Assembly (NCBI RefSeq): GCF_006345805.1
Contig: NC_042997.1
Span: 184,388,001-184,452,000, forward strand
From: Octopus sinensis
Taxonomy: Eukaryota
Length of the DNA stretch: 64,000 nt
Reading direction: 5' to 3'
Of the stretch, positions 52,607 through 64,000 are shown piece after piece. Both the position numbers and the translations under genes were made by a program. Below the pieces are notes generated by a model. The model worked only from the letters and a program-made list of their open reading frames with translations, searched no databases and was not told the origin of the DNA. Position 1 is the first letter of the stretch. Each line of letters opens with the position of its first letter.

Positions 52607-52679
52607 GTAAAGTAGACAACCACCATATACACACACACCACACGCACACACACACACATATATAAAATCACACGTTGAT

Positions 52680-52865
52680 TGTTGGCGATTTTTCCTTATT
52701 TATCCTTCTTTCTCTTTGGGTTTCTTTTCGTCGAAGAGCTATGCTCGAAGCGTTAACAACTCTCTCCTTTCACCGAGCATCAAATTAATAATATATTGTT
52801 TGTGCACTTCGCTTTTTATTTTTTTCTTCTTTGCTGTTTAGTTGCTTGTTCTTTGAATTGACTAT
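52680..52865 (+). mobile_element. Short repeat related to 35157-35360, with degenerate HHR
   Basis: TTGGCGATTTT start, GAAGAGCTATGCTCGAAGCGTTAAC, ends TGAATTGAC-(TA)n. Confidence 0.55.
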
Positions 52866-52879
52866 ATATATATACATAT

Positions 52880-52928
<49 letters not shown>

Positions 52929-55778
52929 ATATATAATATATATATACATACATACACATACAGATATATACTCATATACTCACATGTGAGTGTGTGTGTG
53001 TGTATGTTTTTTGTGATTACAAGTGGACAATGAAAGTGGCGCTCAACACACTTGGTAGGATGTGTTGAGCCCCAATTTCATACCTTATTTAATAGCCTAA
53101 TTCGGCTCCATGCAAGTAACAGTTTCATTGGTTCGTCACACTAACTTAACTCGTCAAGTACGTAGAACCGAATGAAGAGGAAACCAAAATGTCTTCTCGG
53201 TATAGAGCTGCTATTGATCAACGGAGGTCACGTGGTTATCACGTGGTTATCACGTGGTTATCACCTACGTTTTCTAGGGTTTTAAGTTTAGAAGTGGATT
53301 TAGTAGTCGCAAACTGAAAGAAGCCTGTCGTTTATATAAATGCATATAAACCATCTATCTACTGCTCTAACGACACTTTCCTCACATATTCATATTCATT
53401 GATACGCAGAGTTTTAATCCTCATGGATGAAGCAATACTAATTTACAGCACTCAATACACTCTATACTAGTCATCAGGCTTCAGTTTTCTTTTTTCTAAT
53501 CGGAGTTCTCTTTCTGTCACTGTCTATCTTTATGTATGTATGTATGTATGTATGTATGTATGTATGTATGTATGTATGTATGTATGTATGTATGTATGTA
53601 TGTATGTCTCTGTCTGTCTATCAATTTATCTGCCAGTCTGTCCGTCTTTCTGTTTCTTTGTCTGTCAGCTGCTACCTCTCTCTCTCTATCTGTCTGCCTG
53701 TCTGTCTGTCTATCTATCAATCCATCCATCCACCTACCCATCCATCCAGCTCAATTATATATTTATCCATCCACCCATCCATTCATCCTTTCATCAGTCC
53801 GTCCATCAATCCATTCATCCATCCATCCATCCATCCATCCATCCATCCATCCCTCTCTCCCTCCATCCATCTGTTTGTCTGTCTGTCTGTGTATCTGTCT
53901 GTGTGTCTGTGTGTCTGTCTATCTATCCATCTATCTATCTATCTATCCCTCTTTGCTACCTGTCAGTCTATCTATTGATTCCTACAGCTCTCAATCTGCT
54001 TTTCAGTCAATTACGAGAAAACCTTTAAATAAATTATTGCTGATAAAGGCAAATTAATGAACATTCAATGAACGCATTTATTCCTCTAATCACACTGATG
54101 GAAAGCTACAAATATAATAGTAGCGGAAGTAGTATTATACTTTATGATAAAACTATATCAAAAATATGGGAAAACTGCCAGACATTGCAATGACACCATT
54201 AACGTTTGAAACCAGTTATTATTGACTGTGGGGCATTTTCAATTTTGTCTTCTCAATTTAATTACTATTATAAAACTATATACCCATTAACTACTTTCCC
54301 TTTTACAAGACAGACCCAATTTCATTTGACATCCATAGCAGACGATGTGTCCGACCATTGTCAGATAACAAGCTAAGCGTTAGAAATGGGTTACACTGTG
54401 AAATTTGATTAGAATTGATTGATCTTCAGTGCACTGACAACAATTCTTTGTCAGAATGGATTTTTATAGAAACTTTATATCATACAATCAGTTTGCTATC
54501 GACCTGATGATGAAAGCAGATCATTTCTGATTGGAACTTACGACTATTTATTAGTTTCACCCGGCATAACGAATAACAATCGCAAATGCTGACAGCAATG
54601 GCGGTCATATTGATTTTATAAGCAAGACATTTGAACAATAAGCCAATGATTTATTCAATATAATCACTCTTTTAATATTTGCTACAGAAATCTCGTGGGT
54701 GGTATCTGTACCATATTGTAAAAATGCCCTGGTCTTGGCCTTCTATATTTAATTTAATTTTCGCAGTTTCTTTTAACATCTGTTATAGGTCCTACCATTG
54801 ATTGTTTTTTTAATGCTTAAAATAGATATAAATTGTAGCGAAATTAAATTTATAGTATTTTGATATTCCACTTCGTGACGTTTATCAGACTAACCGAGTT
54901 AAATAGATAATAGCTTTCTCATTGCGCTTGATTTTAAGTTTTTGGTTCATCTGTTTGTTATACGTTCAGGCCTATGAAAGAAAGATAGTTTCTAACTGAA
55001 AGCAATCACTGAAATATATGACATGAAAAGTTACTATGGCAACAAAGTAAACAAATGATTCTATTATTCCAACTTCGTAAAATATAATTAGACAAAACAA
55101 GAATAATAGTTGTATGAGTTCAATTTCGTCGTTTCACTTTATCATCCGAATGAATGATATCAAGTTGATCCAGACGAGATTTCAACTCCCAGTATTGAAC
55201 TAGAAACTGTAGTGTATTACTTCTGCGTGTATACTGTACAATTGATAATATACAAAATGGTGATACAGGACGTTATTTTAAAGATCGTTCCAGCATTGTA
55301 CGTAGATTCAGAACTACCTACGTGCAGTTAAACACAAATGACTGTGTCTAGTATGGTGTGTTATAACGTTTTAAAACTTATATCGTCACCATTCCACAAT
55401 TCTCTTCAAACAGTGAAGCTTCCTTTCCGAGGGCCCAGGTCGGCCGGGACAAGAATCTGTTGATTTTTTTTCCTTGGCTTTTGAATTGCACTATAATTTT
55501 ATTAACAGTAGCAAGAGGAATTTGAAGATTTTCGGCAAGTTATCGCTGGCTAAGACCAGGCAATACGACCTTTTTGAAAATCTGACAGTTCTGCGGATTT
55601 TTTTTTGCGCGGCATGGTTACTCTTCACAAATGTTTAATATAATGGCACCCGGAATGAACTAGTACTTAGTTCACTTCACACAGACTCCCGAGACAGGTA
55701 TCGACACCACCGAATATAATTTCAGTTCACCTATAGGCCTAATACATTTGTGCTAAAATAAGAAATCAATCTTTAAAA

Positions 55779-55863
55779 CATAACTGGACAACGTCTACTA
55801 CAATACGTTACTTGGAGTAAAACACTCCAAGTAACGTATTGTAGTAGACGTTGTCCAGTTATG
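55779..55863. repeat. Perfect hairpin, 40-bp arms, 5-nt loop
   Basis: 55779-55818 vs 55824-55863, loop AAAAC. Confidence 0.95.
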
Positions 55864-57048
55864 GAATAAATTCAGCAATACTAGTAAAAACGAACAAACA
55901 GAAAGGATAGCTACAACGGTATGATGACACTCCGTTTTGGCCTGCCAGCAGACTTCAGAAAAGATCTGTATTTTCTTTTGAAATTACACAAATATTTTAT
56001 AAGTTTATCGGGAAGTTTGATGTTTTCTTCTCTGCTTTTCTTATCTCTCATAGGCTTTCACCTCTTTTTATCTTCTTTTGCACACGTAATGCATTTCTGT
56101 CTTAATTAAATATACGCCACGCAAACACAAATGCAGACACACCACACAGAAACACTTATGACACCTTCAAGAAAAATGTACTGAACGATGGCAGATTAGT
56201 GCGATTGCATAATTACCTCTCAACAACTAATAATCTAAAATAAAAATCATTCTCTCCCCAACGGTGATATTTAGATTGTTAAGAGCAATAGGAAGTGATT
56301 GCAATAACAGTTTTATCTGGTTTTTACCTTTTCGGCTACCAAGGGAAATATTTTTCTTAAAATTAAATTTAATATGTACACACCATTTAGCGCTACTTGT
56401 AAACAATATGGTAATTTCGTGTTCATGGCATTCAATATTGATTTCGCTGTCGAGAACTTGTTATTTTAGATGTGTTAGGTTCACTTTTCTATCGGTATTA
56501 ATGTAAGTGTATTTATAGAATATGCAAATGTATGGCCGAATGGCTAAAACGTTTGTTTCTCAATCTTAAGCATCCGTATATATTGCATTCTAGTTTCGGG
56601 CTGACCGAAACCTTAGGAGTGAGGATAGACGAAAACTGTGTGGAAGGCCATCAGATGGATTATGTCGTGTTACATATCGCGTGAATCTGATACTTCCTGG
56701 GTATAACGTTGATGATACACCTGTCTGAGAAATCCTCAGCTTGCTCGTTAATTTAACGAGCAGATAATTAAATTGATGGAAGACCCATTGCCAACAATTC
56801 TATACAGTTTGTCTACATCCCTCTATAAGACAAGTAATATACAAAGCCAACTCCTCCAACCCAAACAAAACAATACAAAACAAACACTTAAGAGGTATGC
56901 AGACATTTTAAAAACTATATCGTTCTAGCAGTCACACAACACCGTTGGGAGAAGTAGAAAATATGGGATAAAACATATGCGGATATTCGAGATCAGTAAT
57001 GGATATCAGTAATGCAATCAATCAATCAATCAATCAATCAATATATAT

Positions 57049-57303
57049 ATATATAAATTAGAAAAAAACCCCACATTTTATCAATTCAATAATGAAAAAT
57101 TAAATTATAACATTTAGAAAAATTACATATAGAAAGATTATTTTATTTATTTTTTATTTATTATTATTGTGCACATTACTAAATCATTGTTATATGTTTT
57201 ATCTTATATTTAATCTTTCTATAATATGTAATATTCTAGATGGTATAATTTAATTTTTCATTATTGAATTGATAAAAGGTGGTTTTTTTTCTAATTTATA
57301 TAT
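57049..57303. repeat. AT-rich inverted repeat (about 90-bp arms) abutting (TA)n
   Basis: 57049-57140 vs 57211-57303. Confidence 0.85.
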
Positions 57304-57381
57304 GTATATTATATTTAGTGATATTTGATTTAGTATTTCTAAATTGAATTTTTCCCTGTAAGTTTGGAATAATATTCACTC

Positions 57382-57425
<44 letters not shown>

Positions 57426-57481
57426 TAAGTTAGACATGGCCTGGGCCAATACTGGCCAAAACCTTTCTAAGTTATTCTAAG

Positions 57482-57531
<50 letters not shown>

Positions 57532-57697
57532 ATATAATGTGTGTGTATGTGTTTGTGTGTGTGTATATATGTATATATGTGTATATGTATATACACAGAT
57601 ATGACAGAAGTAAATAGACACCCTTATAATCATTAAAATTTATTTCAATGTGAAATTATACATTCAAATTATTAATTAATTATTATATTCTGAATAT

Positions 57698-58155
57698 CTA
57701 ATATTTAGTGTACATGCCCTTTGTATTTTTCAATGCAAGGATCCTATAAAGCATGCTACTACTCAGATGACGAATGTTCTTTTGGAGAATTTCTTGTCAA
57801 GTTTCCCGCTGTAATCTCAAAACATCTGGCTTTGAGGAGGCTTTCTGGTTCTTTTTACGAAGTGTCCTGTCCATTAAGCCCCAGTGGTGTTCAATAGGGT
57901 TCAATTCTGGCGACTAACTTGGCCAAGGAAGTTTTTTAATGCCATTCTTTTCCAACCAATCCTAGGTCTTTTTATCCGTATGACAAGGAACCCGTTGTCC
58001 AAAGATAAAGAAACTTCTTTAATCATTTCACCATTGGAGAAGATTGGAAGGAGTCCTTTCTGCAATAGGGACACATATTTATCTGAGTTTATGTTTCCAT
58101 CACGCTCTACCAGCTCTGATTGACCATTGCTACAAATTGCTCCCCATACTATCAT
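57698..58155 (-). pseudogene. Tc1-family (DD34E-type) transposase C-terminal remnant
   Basis: MIVWGAICSNG..L...DGNINSDKY...LLP...DNG / WPSQSPELNPIEHHWG...TKY*, with frameshifts. Confidence 0.85.
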
Positions 58156-58435
58156 CAACAACAACAACAATAATAATAACTGAGGATATAAGTTCATGCA
58201 GGAAACTGACTCGCATAGTGTTTGAATAACATTGTGATGGTTACATTGCTGTTTGATAAATCAAACAATGATTAGTTATAACTCGGTTAATTATTATAGG
58301 AGCACTTCGTCACTCCAAGGTTTGTATATGAGATGGATATTTCGTAATATTCACAGGTGGAGAACGAAAAATTTAAGTTCATATATATATATATATATAT
58401 ATTATATAATATATATATATTATAATATATATATA

Positions 58436-58714
58436 TTAATCGAAATGTACAATATTATATATCTAATATGGCCGATTTGCCAATCGGTTCCGCATGAGTG
58501 GTTCGACAGAGTATTAGGTAACAGTTGGATTGTGTTACCCTGCGCTCTTCAGAAGTAGCCGTTGTGGAATGAAGTATGGTGACTGCTTCATTCCTTAACG
58601 GCTACCTCTGAAGAGCGAAGAGCTACATGATCCAACTGTTACCTAACACTCCGTCGAACTTCCAGTAAGTAAGATCGGCTGTAATGGATCTATAATACTG
58701 TACACTTCAATTAA
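58436..58714. repeat. Long imperfect hairpin element abutting (TA)n
   Basis: Nested arm matches: GTTCGACAGAGTATTAGGTAACAGTTGGAT vs ATCCAACTGTTACCTAACACTCCGTCGAAC, and CGCTCTTCAGAAGTAGCCGTT vs AACGGCTACCTCTGAAGAGCG. Confidence 0.85.
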
Positions 58715-59531
58715 TATACCCACTTTACTAACAGATATACGAGTGAATTTTTCCAGACCTATGCACTCTAAGACGGCTTACACACACACATAAAGCACAC
58801 ACATACACACACATGCGTGTACGTGTGTGTGTGGTGGTGAGTGTGTGTGTATTTGTGTGTGTGCGTGTGTGTTTGTGTACGTACATGCTTGTGCGAAGAA
58901 AGATCATGATACCTAATGACATATCAACAAAAAGGATTTAAAACTACATTTTAAGGGGCTGCAATCATTTTACCACTATGTAGTTGTTCCAACAGAAGGT
59001 CTCTGATTAAATCATATGCTGAACATGAACCACTCATGAATAAAAATTACAAATAAGTTATTAAAACAATTAATTTTTTTTTCATGTATTTGCTTGTGCA
59101 TATGTTTGCTTGCAGCTCTTGGGCTGAAACAAGTAAAAGAGTAAAGAGTATCAAAGTGAGTATTTCTTTAATTGCTAGCATCTGCACCAGCTGATGACAA
59201 TTTTTATTTTCGGATTTCCTCAGAAAGATATACGTACAGATGAAAATGAGAGAGCTTGCGTGGTTTTGAATCATCTGAAGCTGATTGATATCCAATCAAT
59301 TGTCAGAACCACACAGAAACTTTGTTGCAGAAAAACCAGAAATAAATTCTCGTGTAGAAATAATTAATCTATATATCCTGTGGATATATGAATTAATTAT
59401 TTCTAAACTAGAATATATTCCTGAGTGCTAGCTATGTAAATGTTTGAACTGCAGAAGTGGGAGCTCATAAGGGTATGCAGGGGTGTATGTATATGGTTAA
59501 TGATTAACCTGAACATGCATTCGTCATTCAG

Positions 59532-59608
<77 letters not shown>

Positions 59609-59675
59609 ATGTATGTGTATAGATACGTTATACATATACAAGTAAATATGTTATATATATATGTATGCATGTAAG

Positions 59676-59710
<35 letters not shown>

Positions 59711-60559
59711 GTATATTTATGTATATATATACACACACATGTATATATACATATATATACACATACACGTATATATGCACATATATACACAAATACACAT
59801 ATATATGTATATATATGTATGTATGTATATATATATACATACATACATACATATACATACATACAGTCACACAGACACACGCACGCACACATATATGCAC
59901 ACAGACACACGCATTCTAATGCATTAGCCAAGTAATTATATTTGAAAATGCCTGCGCTGAAAAAACATTATATTTGAAGAAGAGATGCGAGGTAAAAAGC
60001 TACTAATAAAACATGTAGTAGCAAGTATAAATATATAAAACTGAATTTTTAAAAACATATTACCATACTCTGTATTTCTTTCTTCTATATTTTGTTGTTT
60101 TTTTTTTTTGTAAATATATTTTCTTACTTATTACAACAGCGACATCAAGTATTCTTATCACTTAAAATTGCGCATTACAAAAATGAGGTATTTTACTTGA
60201 AACATCATTAAACAGAAATATAGATTATATTTATTATCGTTATACCTTATTCACTTGTAACCAGCGATATAATTACGTTTATATCTTCATCCACTAACAG
60301 CATTGCTATTACCATCCACTACCGTTATCACCGTGACTGCCAACACTTGCAAACACTACCACCGCCATCGCCACCACCACCACCACCACAGCTGCTGCCG
60401 CTGCTACCTCTCCCTCCATCACCGCCACCACTGCCACCACCACCACCACCACCACCACATGCGTACGTGAGTTGATGAATTTTATCTTTAATTATTTCTC
60501 TTTCACCTTCAGTATCATAATCGTGGTCGTAAAAATGATCATAACCGCAATGATGACGA

Positions 60560-61060
60560 TGATGAGTATCCTCCTCGTTCTCCTCCACCACCTCCTCTTC
60601 CTCCTCCTCGTCCCCTCCTTCCCTTCCCCCCTTCTCCTCGTTCACCTCCACCTTCTCCTCCTCTTCTTCCTCGTCCTTGTCCTAGTCCTCGTCCTCGTCC
60701 TCCTCGTTCTCCCCTCCTCCTCCTCGTCCTCGTCCTCCTCGTTCTCCCCTCCTCCTCCTCGTCCTCCTCCTCCTCATATTCTTCCTCGTTCTCCTTGTTC
60801 TCCTCGTCCTCCTTATCCTTCTCCTCCTCGTCCTTCACCTTGTCCTCCTCCTCGTATTCCCCCTCCTCCCCTCCTCCTCATATAATCTTCCCCGTATTCC
60901 TCCTTGTCCTGCTCTTCACCCCCCCTCGTCTCCCTCGTTCTCTTCACCCTTCTCCTCGCCTCCACGTATTCCTCGCCCTCGCCCTCCTCGTGTTCCTCCT
61001 CCTTCATCACGTCCTCCTCCGCTTCGTCGTCCTCATTTTCCTCCCTCTTTCTCTTCTTTC
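60560..61060. repeat. (CCT/CGT/CTT)n low-complexity tract
   Basis: Direct reading. Confidence 0.9.
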
Positions 61061-61662
61061 CTTCTTTTTGACTTTTGAAACGAGTGTCACTCTCAGAACA
61101 CTCTGACCATGCAATTTTATCAAACTGTTTACATTATGAAAAAGAAACTATTTCTATTCTTTGTTTGTTTCAGATTTATGCAAAAAGCAGAATATCTGAG
61201 GAGTCGTCAAATCAGCTGGGATAAAAAGACATTTTTAGCTGTCTATATTTTTCTAGTTAATATCTTTTATAATTTTTTTTGCGAAGTTATTTGTGTTAGC
61301 TCCCTTGTTGCAAGAATCTTGTTTTCTTCAGAGATTGTGACAATAGCTTTAATAACGTAAACAATCAACAACCCCACTCCGCTGTATTTTCAGATACGAA
61401 AATAAATTCTTAAAAATGCAATATTAGATATTAAATATTGAAAAATTTCAAGTTATAGAATATAAGCATATACAAAAAAGAAAAAAAAAGAATAATGTTG
61501 AAAATATTTGTGTGGTAAGAAGCTCGTTTCTTTACCACATGGTTTCGGGTTCAGTCCCACTACGTGGCGCCTTGAGCATGTTTAGCCCCGGGCTGACCAA
61601 AGCCTTGTGAGTGAATTTGGTGGGCGGAAACTGAAAGAAGTCCGTCGTATATATATGTATAT

Positions 61663-62418
61663 TTTTTCTCTCTAGTTTCAGCTCAGAGCTGTGGCCATGC
61701 TGATGCACCGCCGTTTTGCTACATTGTTATTACTAAGAGCCTCCTCTAATATGTGGAACTTGGTGAAGAATGGAGTTTGATATAGCTACACTCATTTGCA
61801 CCTCTTGCCGTGAGGTAGGTTCATCTGGGCCTCTCGATAAGAAGAGGTCCAGCTTTGATTTAAAAACTGCTACATCTACTTTGTGCAAGTTTCTCGGACT
61901 CTTCGGGAGAATATTAAAAAGCTGTGGGCCATTGAAACATAGGCTGTTGCAGAAACTGGTCCTGGTGTGTGATGCTGGGATCTTTGGCACTATGCAGTGT
62001 CGTCCGGTTCTGGCATTGGTGTAGCTTTCAATGCCAAAATTTGGCACAATTCCTTCCAGGATCTTCCAGATATATATTACTGCATATCTCTCCCGTCTTC
62101 TCTCCAGGGAGTAAAGTCTTATCTGTTTCAACCTTTTCCAGTACCTGAGCTGTTGCAAAGAGACGATCTTCTTTGTGAATCCTCTCTGGATTGCTTCAAG
62201 GTCTGCTGTTAATTTCACACTGGTGGGTGACCATAACTGTGAGCGGTAATCCAGGCGGCTGAGGACGAATGTCCACCAGAGGATCATCATGGTTTCCTTA
62301 TATCTGGTTCTGAATGTCCTTAGGATCCAGCCAGTCATCTGCACTTTGTCGCCATACCCAGGTCCTTCACTGACTTAGGCTCTGGGATTGAAATTCCCTG
62401 TGGACCGGTGTACCCTGT
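61663..62418 (-). mobile_element. CR1/L2-type LINE 3' portion (post-RT domain + tail)
   Basis: SVKDLG / MTGWILRTF...SRLDY.SQLWSP...LEAIQRGFTKKI...YWKRL..LYSLERRRERY...FKSKLDLFLSRGPDEP; tail GGCGGTGCATCAGCATGGCCACAGCTCTGAGCTGAAAC. Confidence 0.9.
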
Positions 62419-62499
62419 ACACACACACACACACATATATATATAGTGTGTGTGTGTGTGGTGTGTGTGTGTGTGTGTGTGTGTGCGTGCGTGTGCGCT

Positions 62500-62815
62500 T
62501 TCCAACCACATGGTTTCAGGTTCAGTCTCACTGAGTGGCACCTTGGGTAAGTGCCTTCTAGTATAGCTTCGGGCCGACTGAAACCTTGTAAGTATATTTG
62601 GTAGACGGAAAATGAAAGAAGCCCGTCGTATATATATATATATAATATATATATATATATTTGTATGTCTGTGTTTGTCTCTTCCATCATCGCTTGACAC
62701 CCGATGGTGGTGTGTTTACGTCCCCGTAACTTAGTACTAGGCTTACAAAGAATAAGTCCTGGGGTCGATTTCTTCGACTAAAGGCGATGCCATGTCCACA
62801 GTCAAATGACTGAAA
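62500..62815 (+). mobile_element. Family A SINE, 5'-truncated with internal deletion
   Basis: CCAACCACATGG...GGCACCTTGGGTAAGTG...CAAATGACTGAAAC. Confidence 0.8.
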
Positions 62816-62841
62816 CAAATAATATATTTATGTATATGCAT

Positions 62842-62912
<71 letters not shown>

Positions 62913-63829
62913 CACGACAGGATCCTTTCACTTTCCGTCTACCAAATCCACTCACGAGGCTTTGGTCAGCCCGAGGATACCGAGGCTATAGTAGATGACA
63001 CTTGCCCAAGGTATCACCCTGTTTATAACAACGGAGGAAATTGAGCTCCACCCAAGATCTTTAAGGAACTGGTAGAATGTACGGAATTATGCAAGCTTTC
63101 CAAAGAGGCGTGTCAAGAACTCTACCACTCACCAAAGCAGTTATCACCTGAAAGAAAACAAAACATTAAAATGCTCTTGGAATTTTGTAAATAATTTTGG
63201 AACATATTCTTAGTTTTGATCTTGTTCTTGTGCTTTTTTACCTTGTAATTCTTCTTACCGATGCTGTGATTTTTATTATTATTGATGTCGTTGTTGTTGC
63301 TATTGATGTTGGTATTATTATTGTTATTACCTTTGCTTATCTTCTACTTCTCTTCTCCGTCTTCTCTTTCCAAACGGCTTGGTATGTTTCTTGATATTCT
63401 TATTCTTCTTTTCTTATATTACATGGAATGGAATGAACGCGCGTTAAGTCTCGATATTTTGATAGATACAGTCTGGCTTATTTATTGCGAGTTCCTCTAC
63501 CAAATTGCAAAAATGACTTTTACCTGATGCTCTAGCCTAAACACACAGAAATACTTTCTCCCTCTATCTCACAGACATACACACACTCACACACAGCACA
63601 TATTTGTACAACGTACTTTTGTATGTATGTGTGTATACTATATGTGTATGTGATTGCGTTTAGAAGTAGTTATTAAGGATAGAAAAGCCTTCGGAATGTC
63701 TTTGATATTTGAGATTACCACACATGCGTTTATATAGGCACAGCCTACGAACCGAATTCATACATACATAGACGGATACGAACCAATATATCTGTATATT
63801 CACTGGGAAAGAGAGGTATTATAAACATA

Positions 63830-64000
63830 TGTATACACATGTATGTATGTATGTATGTATGTATGTATGTATGTATGTATGTATGTATGTATGTATGTAT
63901 GTATGTATGTATGTATGTATGTATGTATACATGTATGTGTGTATGTATGTATGTATGTATGTATGTATGTATGTATGTATGCATGTATGTGTGTATGTAT
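63830..64000. repeat. (TATG)n array
   Basis: Direct reading. Confidence 0.95.

Noticed and set aside
54505-54530. CTGATGATGAAAG
   Set aside because: No stem II and no stem I complement.
59185-59245. CTGATGA...GAAAGATATACGTA as a hammerhead; region also weakly resembles a Tc1 N-terminus
   Set aside because: Helix II and III do not pair and stem I is only partial; the transposase similarity is too weak to call.

Overview
AT-rich, microsatellite-saturated eukaryotic intergenic or intronic DNA with one 100-N scaffold gap. No host protein-coding exon can be supported, and almost every ORF in the supplied track is a translation of a simple repeat. The repeat landscape resembles an Octopus (cephalopod) genome; this is inference. 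It contains three tRNA-derived SINE families: a CORE-type family with an internal TA/TG tract, a Meta-domain type, and a third head family. It also holds decayed LINE fragments (CR1/L2-type, R4/Dong RLE-type, a C2H2-tailed LINE end, possible L1/Tx1), a Tc1 transposase remnant and a decayed Penelope-like element (RT + GIY-YIG) with an inverted copy of its 3' end at its 5' side. The most striking signal is a dispersed set of about a dozen minimal hammerhead-ribozyme (HHR) motifs or remnants in several unrelated short repeats. They have the form stem I-CUGANGA-stem II-GAAA-tiny, mostly palindromic helix III-NUH-stem I. Most are followed by a short AT-rich tail ending at a (TA)n tract, and several sit inside long fold-back palindromes of one shared asymmetric architecture. 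This suggests a Penelope-driven, (TA)n-targeting, retrozyme-like population of non-autonomous elements. All alignments and folds were done by eye; no ribozyme activity is demonstrated.
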